Assembly (NCBI GenBank): GCA_964016885.1
Contig: OZ024742.1
Location: 269,700,001-269,764,000, forward strand
Direction: 5' to 3'
DNA length: 64,000 bases
Source: Eledone cirrhosa
Taxonomy: Eukaryota
Positions 1 to 20,329 of the stretch are shown here, in pieces (positions within the stretch are counted from its first letter, which is position 1; each line of letters begins with the position of its first letter). A model generated the notes under the pieces. It searched no databases. It was not told the DNA's origin and saw only the letters and a list, made by a program, of their open reading frames with translations. The position numbers were made by a program, and so were the translations under genes.

Positions 1-344
1 GTTCTATGGTGCAACACAAATATACACAAATTTGCATACCTTTTGATGTCTATATATATAAACGTGCCGACACACACACATACATAAACGCACACATGCA
101 TTGCACACTGATGGGCACATACATATTTGTACACAAGTATTCCAATACGGCAAGGCCTAATAGATTCCCCTTGCAGTACTTACAATCTGGATACTCACAC
201 ACACCTTGGTATTATGCCAATACTATATATCATTTCACACCTTTTATTATTAAGGTTTTTGATGTTCTATTGAGAGAATCGTTTTTACTGAAAATATCGA
301 ATAATGTACACCATTTTACCAGTTTAACAAAAATACTGGTCTAC

Positions 345-606
345 CCACACACACACACACACACATTCTCACACACACACACACACATTCTCACACACAC
401 ACACACACATATATACACACACACATACACACGCGTACATTAACATACACAGAGACATATACACACACAGATACACACACACACACACACACACTTCTCC
501 GTATGAGACAAGAGTCTGAAAAATATCTTTTAACATGTTAAAATATCCCCCACACACGTACAGACACATTCCTACTGACCATCCCTCTACCACGAATTGC
601 TCTGCT

Positions 607-657
<51 letters not shown>

Positions 658-770
658 TCTTAATAGGCATTTGAACTGTCAAGAGGCTGCGGTTCGCACA
701 CACATCGCTGCTGGCCATTATCACAACAACGAGCCTCTTTACTACTACTACACACACACACACACACATA
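345..770. repeat. Interrupted (CA)n microsatellite cluster
   Basis: Several CA runs; overlapping ORFs are CV/HT artefacts. Confidence 0.9.
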
Positions 771-789
771 TTTGTTTTGAAAGACTTAT

Positions 790-1174
790 TTTTCAGTGAC
801 TTCTCAATCAGCCGACACAAACCTACATTTGGCGCAAAATCAATGTTTAACATTCAGATGACCTCTATCGACCAATCAAAATTGTTTTGACCACAAGAAT
901 TTTTGCAACACAAATTGGCGCGAAACTTATTTTAATACCTCTGGAGCCACTTTTTTCACACAAAAACAGGAAGAATTTCCAAAACTAATCAGATTAGAGC
1001 AAACATCACGGACGCTCTATCTCAAAATTGTTTTTGAAAAGCATTAGAAATGCGCAACCGGTAAAACTTAAAACCAAAATTGAATACTAACCAATAATAT
1101 TACTAATTTTCACTTATTCCTATTTAAACTATTTTTCACTGTGAACAATTTGTCAGCATTTACTTTTCCGTTTA

Positions 1175-1178
<4 letters not shown>
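790..1178 (+). mobile_element. PLE pLTR-like fragment ending in (TA)n
   Basis: 985-1178 recurs inverted at 41424-41618 with the same end (tttaccaa + TA); shares blocks (tggcgcgaaa, gagccactttt) with the pLTR at 50800-50900; contains an HHR-like motif. Confidence 0.6.
1030..1067 (+). ncRNA. Hammerhead-like motif, variant core (UUGAAAA ... GCAA)
   Basis: gttt TTGAAAA gcat tagaa atgc GCAA CCGG TA aaac: stems I and II pair, palindromic stem III; A13C makes activity doubtful. Confidence 0.55.
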
Positions 1179-1244
<66 letters not shown>

Positions 1245-1260
1245 TATATATATGTATATG

Positions 1261-1301
<41 letters not shown>

Positions 1302-1337
1302 GTATATGTATATATTTATATATATTTATATATCTAT

Positions 1338-1485
1338 GACATTAAACTACATCCAGTGGCAAGGCTCCAGTTCGGGAGTTCAGGAGATGTGGGGAATGTG
1401 GAGTTACCCCTTAGTTGTCATGACTCCCAGGTCTGCCCTGGCCCGGGGTGGTAGTACCTGTTAGGGCTCCATTTATGGGTTAAGT
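1338..1485. repeat. Interspersed repeat fragment resembling a common octopod repeat
   Basis: GC-richer block (ggggaatgtggagttacccc...gtggtagtacctgttaggg) recalled as an octopus repeat; single copy here. Confidence 0.4.
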
Positions 1486-1541
1486 AACTACCTTATTCGA
1501 GTGGCGCCGGTAAGGTATTGTCAGCCATTGAAAAGAAAAGA

Positions 1542-1612
<71 letters not shown>

Positions 1613-1644
1613 ATATGTATATATATGTATATGTATATATATAT

Positions 1645-2858
1645 AAACGGAAAAAATGAAACGAAATTTCATATCCCACTCTTAGTACGGCTGTTACTTA
1701 AATATAAGCATGTATACATACATATATCTATACAGACGTACAGTAGCATGTATATATATATATACATACATGCACACGTATATATATGTACGTATGGATT
1801 CACCGAACATTTATTATAATGCTCGGTGTGTTTGTAAACAAACAACCCGCATTAAGCCGTAGTGTCCAGCAACCATCGTTGCTCGTTTGTTCAACACTGA
1901 CAAATGAACGTTGTACTAGTTTAAGCTTATTAGCTATCGTCAGCAACGTATACGTTCCTGTCATATTGTTGAACCTATATACTTACCTTATGCATATTAA
2001 CGGCTGAGTAGCCCAATTTGCATATCGCGTGGGTTAATCGGCCGGGTGCATCGAAAACGATAAACGTAAAAGATGAAACGAAATTTCATTTCCCACTCTT
2101 AGTACGGCTGTTATTAAAATATAAGTATGTACACATACATACACATATGAATACAGACGTACAGTAGTATGTATATATACATACATGCACACATATATAT
2201 ATATATATGTACGTATGGATTCACCGAAAATTTATTATAATGCTCGGTGTGTTTGTAAACAAACATCCCGTATTAAGCCGTAGTGTCTAGCAACCATCGT
2301 TGTTCGTTTGTTCAATACTGACGAAGGAACGCTGTACTAGTTTTAAGCTTATTAGCTATCGTCAGCAACATATACCTTCCTGCCAGATTGTTGAACGTAT
2401 ATACTTACCTTATGCATATTAACGGCTGAGTAGCCCAATTTGCGTATCGAGTAGGTTAATCGGCTGGGTGCACCGAAAACGATAAACGTAAAAGATGAAA
2501 CGAAATTTCATTTCCCACTCTTAGTACGGCTGTTACTTAAATATAACTATGTACACATACATACATATATCTATACAGACGTACAGTAGTATGTATATAT
2601 ATATACATACATGCACACATATATATATATGTACGTAAGGGTTCACCGAAAATTTATTATAATGCTCGGTGTGTCTGTAAACACTACGGCTGGACACTAC
2701 GGTTTAATACGGGATGTTTGTTTACAAACACACCGAGCATTATAATAAATTTTCGGTGAATCCATACGTACATATATATATATATGTGTGCATGTATGTA
2801 TATATATATATAAATACTACTGTACCTCTGTATACATATATGTATGTATGTGTACATA

Positions 2859-2862
<4 letters not shown>
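1645..2862 (-). mobile_element. Retrozyme-like array, ~420 bp unit (family B'), head-to-head arms
   Basis: About 2.5 tandem units then an inverted arm from ~2684; flanked by (TA)n; minus-strand HHR motifs at 1908-1949 and 2329-2371 have lost G12. Confidence 0.8.
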
Positions 2863-2952
<90 letters not shown>

Positions 2953-3280
2953 TATGTGTGTGTGTGTGTGTGTGTATAATTGGAGATTTAGTAAAATCGA
3001 ATCTCTAGCGGTTTGCAAGCAAATTCAGCCTACTTATATGAAATGATGAATTAGCAAAGCACTCGACAAGTTACGTCCTTCGAGTAATAACATACGTTTA
3101 AATAGCTTGACAAACCGAACATTGTGGTAGGCAAAATCTAACAGACAATAAAATATCAAAGTAACGATAGAACTAACAGGTTGAGAAAAATACACCTGGA
3201 CAAATCAAAGGACTATACATTTAAAGTGTTTCTTTGTATCCGAAATCAAATATCAGACTTACGTGACTGGCAAGCTCTGA

Positions 3281-3361
<81 letters not shown>

Positions 3362-3365
<4 letters not shown>

Positions 3366-4402
3366 AATATAGACATAGAATATTCGAAAATATTCTGTAT
3401 GTTTATAATAAACATTTTGAAGACCTAATCGCTATAGAATAGAATACGTCACGTATTACAATTATTATTTATTCCAATTTCTAATTTCTGCCGGACCGGC
3501 AACCGCTCTTTCAAACCAGTTCCTGTACACAGCTAAGTATTCTATAAGTCTCTAGCTGTGTCATTCTCGATAAAAGCACTGGATATGTAGTCCTGAAGAT
3601 TTCTAACAAGAATGAAACGCGTAGATTACTTCCCTTGCTTTTATCGAGAATCTAATTGTAATACGTGACGTATTCTATTCTATAGCGATTAGGTCTTCAA
3701 CATGTTTATTATAAACATAAAGAATATTTTCGAATATTCTATGTCTATATTCACATATATATCGCTATTTCAGAGCATTTATTCCAATTTCTAATTTCTG
3801 CCGGACCGGCAACCGCTCTTTCAAACCAGTTCCTGTACACAGCTAAGTATTCTATAAGTCTCTAGCTGTGTCATTCTCGATAAAAGCACTGGATAAGTAG
3901 TCCTGAAGATTTATAACAAGAATGAAACGCGTAGATTACTTCCCTTGCTTTTATCGAGAATCTAATTGTAATACGTGACGTATTCTATTCTATAGCGATT
4001 AGGTCTTCAAAATGTTTATTATAAACATACAGAATATTTTCGAATATTCTATGTCTATATTCACATATATATCGCTATTTCAGAGCATTTATTCCAATTT
4101 CTAATTTCTGCCGGACCGGCAACCGCTCTTTCAAACCAGTTCCTGTACACAGCTAAGTATTCTATAAGTCTCTAGCTGTGTCATTCTCGATAAAAGCACT
4201 GGATATGTAGTCCTGAAGATTTCTAACAAGAATGAAACGCGTAGATTACTTCCCTTGCTTTTATCGAGAATCTAATTGTAATACGTGACGTATTCTATTC
4301 TATAGCGATTAGGTCTTCAAAATGTTTATTATAAACATACAGAATATTTTCGAATATTCAATGTCTATATTCACATATATATCGCTATTTCAGAGCATTT
4401 AT

Positions 4403-4407
<5 letters not shown>
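3362..4407 (+). mobile_element. Retrozyme array A1: 310 bp unit x3 plus a short inverted arm
   Basis: Unit marker attccaa at 3471/3781/4091/4401; inverted arm 3362-3465; HHRs at 3587, 3897, 4207; TA flanks. Confidence 0.9.
3587..3629 (+). ncRNA. Type I hammerhead ribozyme (representative of the 310 bp family)
   Basis: gtagtc CTGAAGA t ttct aaca agaa t GAAA CGCG TA gattac; stem I extends via ttctcgataaaagca/tgcttttatcgagaa. Confidence 0.85.
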
Positions 4408-10680
<6,273 letters not shown>

Positions 10681-10905
10681 ACAATATATTTAGAAACACA
10701 CAGATACATGCGGACACACACATATACATGAATGCATCCACATCCAACTGTGAGTTAATGGTGCCAACCTTACCGATGTTGCTCAATGAATGACTGGGAC
10801 AGACCAATCCGGTTGAATTAGACTGAACCAGTATATATATGTATGTATATATATATGTATATATATACGTATATATATATATATATTCATATATATATAT
10901 ATATA

Positions 10906-12024
10906 TACAATATTAAATAAATGGAAACTATATTTATAAAACCATATTTATTTCATTATATATATTTCGGGGATATCATATTAACAATATGCTATGCCTT
11001 CCTCAGACAAAATACAATATAAACAGTTTTATAGATAAATAGATTCGACATACCGTTATAACACCGACTTCCATTTGAAGAGGTTTAAGCTGGCAGTGAA
11101 AAAATTTTACACAGAGAGAAAGAAAGAGAGAAAAAAAAAGAGAGAAAAAAGAAAGAAAGACAGAAAACGAAGAAAAGGAAGAAAAAGAAGAAATGCATGG
11201 AACAAAATAGAGAGATGGAAAGATAGATAAAGCGAAGAACTTCATGTAAAGAAACAGAAAGAGATATATATATATATAGAGAGAGAGAGGAAATAGAGAT
11301 AGATACATATATATATAGAAAATTAGGTAGTGGGAGGTCATTTTGAGTAAATGTATCAATGATACATTTATTTATTTATTTATTTATTTAGCTCAAGTAT
11401 TAATGTAAGGGAGATATATATAGAGAGAAAAATATATAGAGAGGAAAAAATAGCGAGAGAAAAAAATTTAAAAATAGCCAGATATATTCGAGGCGTAAAA
11501 ACCCTATGTTTTAATGTATTAGTATTTATAAAACTTACACTATATTGTAAATATCAGTATTCCTGAATGAGACAAGTATCCATAGTGTGTGAAAATTAAT
11601 TATCTTATGTTTAGTTTTAAAAAAATTCATATGTTTATGTGACAGCTACAAACATCCATGCGAATCCATATGATTCACTCTGCAAACTCTAAATTCACGG
11701 AAAACATTCTCAATGTGGTATAAAAATTTGAGCATACATATATGTGTATTATTATTCCTGTCTTTACTCTACAAGATTATCTATCAAGCAGAAATAGAGA
11801 GCAGATTTCAATATACTAATAAAAAATATATATCAGAAACAAAACTAAAAAAATAAAAAGATAACAATAATAATAATAAGTAAAAATAAGTAATAATAAA
11901 ATAGAAAACTAAAAAAATATTACGAAAGAATATTACATAATAAAAATATTACATATTAAAAATATTACGTATTAAAAAATATTACGTATTAAAAATTTAC
12001 ATATTAAAGATATTAAAAAAAAAA

Positions 12025-12064
<40 letters not shown>

Positions 12065-13832
12065 TTTAAAATACTACAATAATAAAAAATAAAAATAAAA
12101 ATAAAGCACGAAGATCAACCCTTCAAAGTTAATTGACAATATATTGCCAAGTTCATTACAAGACAAAGCCAAAAATTATCTATCAAATCACATCTAGCAA
12201 AGATCATTTCAAAAAGTTTATGATGTCCAAATTGGTCTACATATGTTCTTATATTTAATATAGAAGTTTATCTAGTGTAAGGTTTATTCAAAAAATTTGG
12301 AGCATCAGCTTTTAGGGTAGCTTAATTTTTCATGAGGAATGTTTAAATAAAAATTAAAAAAAAGGAATAAAAAGAAGGAATCAAAAATTTAGGAATCAAA
12401 AATTTATCGGCTAGTTTCCCATATAAATATAAATCAAACTAAATATACTACATTTTAAATTTAAATTTATATTTAAACGTTGAGTTTAATCTATGTTTGC
12501 AACAACTGAATAAATTTGTCCGTAGGTTAAGGGAATTTTTAGATTTTAGTATAAAGAATATCTCCTCTGCGCAGAGGTCACATGTCTCAGAGGATGAATT
12601 AAAAGGAATCCCTCTTGAGACTATATTCCAAGCCGTCGAATATCTAACGTTATCTAGCTTAAGTTGCCAGAGTACGCCTGATAGTGCCGTTGAAGATTTT
12701 TTACTTGGATCTGTGAAAGAATTCTTGTGGTTATTATAGCGAAGTTTAAATTCCGTCGATGTGGAACCGACGTAGTTAAAAGAATTAGAGTCAGTATTAA
12801 CATTACAATTGTATACTATATTTTTAACTAAGCAGTTGTTATTTAACGGACATTTAGATCTATCTCTACAGTTACATTTGTTAACTTGTATATTATTTAT
12901 GCTATTATCACTAGGTTTTAAGTTCCTATTATTTATTCTATTAATATTTTGTGCTAAATTTTTGGTGGATGAGTAGGTTAATTTAATTGTATGTCTATTG
13001 AAAATTGAGTGATACCTATGTGTTCTAGGGAAGCGATTATCAAGAGCTTTGAAAAATAATTTAGCGATGTGGGTTTTAATGTTTAGTGAGAAAGGGGGGG
13101 CAAACCAAATTATGTTCCTAGTTCTATTTCTTTTTTGGCCTTTGGAATTATTGTAATGCTTTCTATTATAGTTGTTAATGTTGTTGCCGTAATTAAAAAA
13201 GTTGTTACTTTGTTTAGTTTGTCTATCATTATCTATGTACACAATCTTATCAGCATACTTGAGCTAAATAAATAAATAAATAAATAAATGTATCATTGAT
13301 ACATTTACTCAAAATGACCTCCCACTACCTAATTTTCTATATATATATGTATCTATCTCTATTTCCTCTCTCTCTATATATATATATCTCTTTCTGTTTC
13401 TTTACATGAAGTTCTTCGCTTTATCTATCTTTCCATCTCTCTATTTTGTTCCATGCATTTCTTCTTTTTCTTCCTTTTCTTCGTTTTCTGTCTTTCTTTC
13501 TTTTTTCTCTCTTTTTTTTCTCTCTTTCTTTCTCTCTGTGTAAAATTTTTTTACTGCGAGCTTAAACCTCTTCAAATGGAAGTCGGTGTTATAACGGTAT
13601 GTCGAATCTATTTATCTATAAAACTGTTTATATTGTATTTTGTCTGAGGAAGGCATAGCATATTGTTAATATGATATCCCCGAAATATATATAATGAAAT
13701 AAATATGGTTTTATAAATATAGTTTCCATTTATTTAATATTGTAAATATACTCCAAATATTTGTCGAGTGCTTTTATATCAGTTATAAATATTTACTAGT
13801 TGTAACCCAACAATTTTAAATATAACTTTCCA
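10906..13832 (-). mobile_element. 5'-truncated Penelope-like element (Hydra-clade-like) with inverted pLTR
   Basis: 10908-11400 is the reverse complement of 13255-13743; right arm has an extra ~90 nt tail; GIY-YIG ORF inside; TA flanks; HHR-like CTGAGGA...GAAATATATA at ~13640-13700. Confidence 0.85.
12448..13242 (-). pseudogene. C-terminal part of a PLE ORF: linker, CxCx5Cx5C and GIY-YIG endonuclease
   Basis: WFAPPFS, CNCRDRSKCPLNNNCL, IVYNC...YVGST..FKLRYNNH, CDLCAEE; frame open but truncated at the inversion junction. Confidence 0.88.
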
Positions 13833-13861
13833 TATATATATATACATATTTATAAATATAT

Positions 13862-13921
<60 letters not shown>

Positions 13922-13926
<5 letters not shown>

Positions 13927-16531
13927 AGTATGCATGTATACGTACATACATATATGTATACAGACGTACAGTAGCATGCACATATATATATATATATACA
14001 TATATACATACATATGCATACAGGTACACATACATATATGCACGTATCAGTTTAGCGGCGCTTATTATAACGTCGCTTTGTTCGTTTGTAAACAAACTGA
14101 ACAGCCTGAATTTATGCCATACGGTGTTAAGGCAACCACGTCACCTTTTTGTTCAACACTGACACAGGAACGATGTACTAGTTTCAAGCTTGTTAGCTAT
14201 CATCAGCACCGTTTACCCATCTGCCAGATAGTTGAACGTTCGAAAGTATATACTTTCCTTATGAAAATTAACGGCTGAGCAGCCTAATTTGCATATTGAG
14301 TGAGTTAAATCGGTCAGGCATACCGAAAACGATAAATTGAAACAAAATGAAAACGAAATTTCATTTCTCACTCTTAGTATGGCACTTACTTAAATGTAAG
14401 TATGCATGTATACGTACATACATATATGTATACAGACGTACAGTAGCATGCACATATATATATATATATACATATATACATACATATGCATACAGGTACA
14501 CATACATATATGCACGTATCAGTTTAGCGGCGCTTATTATAACGTCGCTTTGTTCGTATGTAAACAAACTGAACAGCCTGAATTTATGCCATACGGTGTT
14601 AAGGCAACCACGTCACCTTTTTGTTCAACACTGACACAGGAACGATGTACTAGTTTCAAGCTTGTTAGCTATCATCAGCACCGTTTACCCATCTGCCAGC
14701 CGTTAATTTTCATAAGGAAAGTATATACTTTCGAACGTTCAACTATCTGGCAGATGGGTAAACGGTGCTGATGATAGCTAACAAGTTTGAAACTAGTACA
14801 TCGTTCCTGTGTCAGTGTTGAACAAAAAGGTGACGTGGTTGCCTTAACACCGTATGGCATAAATTCAGGCTGTTCAGTTTGTTTACAAACGAACAAAGCG
14901 ACGTTATAATAAGCGCCGCTAAACTGATACGTGCATATATGTATGTGTACCTGTATGCATATGTATGTATATATGTATATATATATATATATATGTGCAT
15001 GCTACTGTACGTCTGTATACATATATGTATGTACGTATACATGCATACTTACATTTAAGTAAGTGCCATGCTAAGAGTGAGAAATGAAATTTCGTTTTCA
15101 TTTTGTTTCAATTTATCGTTTTCGGTATGCCTGACCGATTTAACTCACTCAATATGCAAATTAGGCTGCTCAGCCGTTAATTTTCATAAGGAAAGTATAT
15201 ACTTTCGAACGTTCAACTATCTGGCAGATGGGTAAACGGTGCTGATGATAGCTAACAAGCTTGAAACTAGTACATCGTTCCTGTGTCAGTGTTGAACAAA
15301 AAGGTGACGTGGTTGCCTTAACACCGTATGGCATAAATTCAGGCTGTTCAGTTTGTTTACAAACGAACAAAGCGACGTTATAATAAGCGCCGCTAAACTG
15401 ATACGTGCATATATGTATGTGTACCTGTATGCATATGTATGTATATATGTATATATATATATATATGTGCATGCTACTGTACGTCTGTATACATATATGT
15501 ATGTACGTATACATGCATACTTACATTTAAGTAAGTGCCATACTAAGAGTGAGAAATGAAATTTCGTTTTCATTTTGTTTCAATTTATCGTTTTCGGTAT
15601 GCCTGACCGATTTAACTCACTCAATATGCAAATTAGGCTGCTCAGCCGTTAATTTTCATAAGGAAAGTATATACTTTCGAACGTTCAACTATCTGGCAGA
15701 TGGGTAAACGGTGCTGATGATAGCTAACAAGCTTGAAACTAGTACATCGTTCCTGTGTCAGTGTTGAACAAAAAGGTGACGTGGTTGCCTTAACACCGTA
15801 TGGCATAAATTCAGGCTGTTCAGTTTGTTTACAAACGAACAAAGCGACGTTATAATAAGCGCCGCTAAACTGATACGTGCATATATGTATGTGTCCCTGT
15901 ATGCATATGTATGTATATATGTATATATATATATATATGTGCATGCTACTGTACGTCTGTATACATATATGTATGTACGTATACATGCATATTTACATTT
16001 AAGTAAGTGCCATACTAAGAGTGAGAAATGAAATTTCGTTTTCATTTTGTTTCAATTTATCGTTTTCGGTATGCCTGACCGATTTAACTCACTCAATATG
16101 CAAATTAGGCTGCTCAGCCGTTAATTTTCATAAGGAAAGTATATACTTTCGAACGTTCAACTATCTGGAAGATGGGTAAACGGTACTGATGATAGCTAAC
16201 AAGCTTGAAACTAGTACATCGTTCCTGTGTCAGTGTTGAACAAAAGGGTGACGTGGTTGCCTTAACACCGTATGGCATAAATTCAGGCTGTTCAGTTTGT
16301 TTACAAACGAACAAAGCGACGTTATAATAAGCGCCGCTAAACTGATACGTGCATATATGTATGTGTACCTGTATGCATATGTATGTATATATGTATATAT
16401 ATATATATATATGTGCATGCTACTGTACGTCTGTATACATATATGTATGTACGTATACATGCATACTTACATTTAAGTAAGTGCCATACTAAGAGTGAGA
16501 AATGAAATTTCGTTTTCATTTTGTTTCAATT

Positions 16532-16533
<2 letters not shown>
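13922..16533. mobile_element. Retrozyme array B: 472 bp unit, head-to-head arms
   Basis: ~1.6 minus units (HHRs 14169-14213, 14641-14685), junction CAG at 14697-14699, ~3.9 plus units (HHRs 14761, 15235, 15707, 16179); TA flanks. Confidence 0.9.
15235..15279 (+). ncRNA. Type I hammerhead ribozyme (representative of the 472 bp family)
   Basis: aacggtg CTGATGA t agct aaca agct t GAAA CTAG TA catcgtt; stem I extends via gttcaac..ctggca/tgtcag..gttgaac. Confidence 0.88.
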
Positions 16534-16588
<55 letters not shown>

Positions 16589-16599
16589 ATATATAAATA

Positions 16600-16678
<79 letters not shown>

Positions 16679-16753
16679 CTGTGTGTGTATATATATATAT
16701 ATATATATGTGCGTGTGTGTGTATATATATATATGTGCGTGCGCGTGTGTGTG

Positions 16754-16807
<54 letters not shown>

Positions 16808-17512
16808 ATTTTCGGCATCTACTACGACTCTATTATTAACAACACTGATATGAATACCTAATAATCATCTGTTATACATTTCATCACTGACTAATGATAG
16901 AGGTTCTCCTAACTATACTCAGTACGCCTGGGTCTGTCCACCCTTGTTTGGTTCTTGGAAACAAATATATTTCTCTTTTCTTCGATATACCGAAATAATT
17001 GGAACGGTTCAAAGAGCCCTGGGGGGACTGGGAATTCTTCATTTCAGTTGATATTGAACGCCAAACAATTCCCCTTAAATAGTATAGGGCAAGGCTATTT
17101 CATAACCCATAGGAATTTAACATCGATTAACGCAAAGATCCCAAGGCTATATAGTGATTTAATCTAGTTTAATTTAATTTTATTTTATTACAAATTTGCG
17201 TTTCCGCTTTGCACCAATCATTAGAATAATTAGAAACGTGAAAATTATAAACATAGCTGGTGTTTCTAATTTGTAATTGCCTGAGACACGTTATTTCACC
17301 GGCCAACAGTACGGACAGTACTGATTACTTATGGGAAGCATGGGCCTGTTGAAATGTGCTGGAGTACTTGGAAATAATAGATATATCCCTTTTTCGACAT
17401 GATATTTTATTCGGAAAGGCTGATAGGTCTCAGAACCTGCCCTGACTATGAGGCCACTATCTTACACTCAGACAAACTCTTTTCTTCGCATTACAAACAC
17501 ACTGATATGACT

Positions 17513-17543
<31 letters not shown>

Positions 17544-17711
17544 CCAGGGACTGTAACTTGGATGTACTGTAGGTTCACCAGGGTGAGCACTCGATGTTTA
17601 GGTTCACTTCAGTTTCGAGGTGTAGAGCTAGACAGAGTGTATTATAGTGAAAATATAACAAGGAATAACCAATCGTCCTTGTTATATGTCCACTATATCT
17701 ATCTATCTACA

Positions 17712-17846
<135 letters not shown>

Positions 17847-17896
17847 TATAATATATATATATATATAATATATATATATATATATTATATATATAT

Positions 17897-18053
<157 letters not shown>

Positions 18054-18298
18054 TAATAACAGAACACACTCACTGTTTGGTTGGTTTTCGATTCTGTATC
18101 TTTTATATAAGTTAATTCATTCGCTTCTCAATGTTTACCATTGACTGACCAACGGTCAAATATACAGATATAATATAGACACAAACATATATATATTGTC
18201 TAACAAAGTTCTTTCGTTGCACATTTGCAACATCGTCAGTGGTGCTATCACATTCCTCCTGTTGTATTGTATATTTAGGCCATCTTTATTTAACCTGT

Positions 18299-18329
<31 letters not shown>

Positions 18330-18670
18330 TTGTTGTCTTCTTCTCTGACTTAAGAGAAATATAAATAAATAAACAGATTAAATAAAGATGGCGTAAATAT
18401 ACAATACAACAGGAGGAACGTAATAGCACTACTGACGATGTTGCAGTTGTGCAACGAAAGAACTTTGTTAGACTATATATATGTGTTTGTGTCTATATTA
18501 TATCTGTATTTTTGAACGTTGGTTAGTCAAGGGTAAACATTGAGGACCGGATGAATTAACTGATATGAAAGATACAGAAGCGAAAACCAACCAAACAGTG
18601 AGTGTGTTCTGTTATTAATTCTGTCAATATTATTACAACAATATGACATTCCCCAAATATAACAATATAT
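18054..18670 (+). mobile_element. Diverged foldback pLTR-like insertion
   Basis: 18054-18310 is inverted at 18360-18618, plus a ~50 nt tail; HHR-like CTGACGA t gttgca..tgcaac GAAA at ~18432. Confidence 0.7.
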
Positions 18671-18671
18671 A

Positions 18672-19207
18672 TGTAGCGACGTGATTAGTCGGTCTGGTCA
18701 CTACTTCTGATCGGATCTGAGAATAGCCCTTAAAAGGACTGTTATCGCATACGGTCTGATCGGATGTGAGTATAGCTCTTAAAAGGACTGTTGTCACATA
18801 CGGTCTGATCGGATCTGAGGATAGCCCTTAAAAGGAATGTTGTCACATACTGTAAGGATGAACAGAAGAAAGCACAAGTTAAAAGGACGAGCACGGCGAG
18901 AGATGTAGTTTCGGTCAGCTATTTATTTTCATACATGAAGCGACGATATAGAGGTACAAAGCGTTGTGTGAGTGACAAGTGTGGCAGAGGAGAGGAACAA
19001 CGATACGCGAGCTGACTCTGCTAAAGTTGACTGGCGAAATTGTTTGGAATCACTCTATTTATACAAAAATAATCGTTTGATGTTTAGCCGCTGCGTAGGC
19101 GTTTTATTTTGGTGGCTTTATGGGTTGTTTGTTTCACGGTGAGGTAGCTAGCTAAGCAGATAGATGGAGCTGTTTATTTCACATATTTTATTTCCGGTGG
19201 CTGTACA
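18672..19207 (-). repeat. 3' LTR (3 internal 49 bp repeats)
   Basis: tgtagcgacgtg...ggctgtaca; purine-rich PPT-like tract adjacent on the minus strand (19208-19222). Confidence 0.88.
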
Positions 19208-20329
19208 TTAGACCCCTGCCAGATCTTTTGTACAACAAAAGAGTGAAATATAGTATAGAAATGAGCCAGTGGTGCATTTGTTATGGCATAGCCCAAGGAG
19301 TGTCCAGCACGTTGTGAAATTTGGTGATCATCGAGTTTAGGACAGAGTCGATGTAGAGATGATATGGTAAGAGGTGTGTGTCGGGAAGAGAAAAGAAAAC
19401 AAAAACTATCAAATGACTTTCACCAGATGTATGCAGGCGTGATGAATGAGCCTGTTGCAATTTCGGTTGAGCTGCCTGTGAATTGCGTGACAAAGAGTCT
19501 AACAGGGCAGTGAAAATAACCGTAATGTTTGAACTGAATAGCCGTAAGCATGTTGCCTAAAAGTAACACTTTGCTCCAAAGCATATGACTTGAGAGAATG
19601 CATGTGGTAAAAAAATAACGAGACATTCTCGAGCTATTGAGTGAATGTTTACGTGAAAAAAGAAGGCCAGTGTTTTGAGGATGCGATTTGTGAAACGCGT
19701 GGTCAAAGAGAAAACATTTGGTAGTGTAAGAGTTAGAGGGACAAAAATATCTATTGCTCAGTGTATGAACCAAAGGTGAAACAAACGTGGTGTGTAGTGT
19801 GCATGAAAAATAGAATTTGTACTCGCCTTGTATGTATATAAAAATTATGGCAATTACACAATTAATATTGCAGAACAAGAAAAATTAAGATTTTTGCAAA
19901 AGACAAGAAAAAAAAATGCTATACACAATGCTATACGCAATTTTTGTTTTTAAATAGTGTTTGTAATAGATAATATTCATAATAAATAATGTTCTTCGTG
20001 ACATGAACACATCGTCACTAAAAATTGCAATTGTTCAAGCAGAAAGTTCATTGTATTTGAAACTGGAATGTTTTTCAAGAAGAATGATTAAGAAACTCAC
20101 TTGTGGTTAACGGTAATTCACATCTTGTTCCAACTTGGCGGGCCAATGGACACGTCGTCCACTTCTCGTGACTGGAGATGAAACAGATGGCTTGCTGGTA
20201 CAGCAATCTGTTGGAGTTTCTGGTGTAGAGACTGTAACAGTATCCATGATGGCTTTTTTTAATCTGTCCACGCTGAGAGAATTTTGTTTACCATCTACAT
20301 CGGGAATAAGATATTTCGGATATTTTTTT

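Noticed and set aside
6-443. 145 aa ORF with LLRESFLLK, faintly like a GIY-YIG C-terminus
   Set aside because: Too weak; largely CA-repeat derived
13850-16519. Repeated short ORFs in the 472 bp unit
   Set aside because: Frames shift with internal TA length and show no protein motifs; the unit is best explained as non-coding RNA
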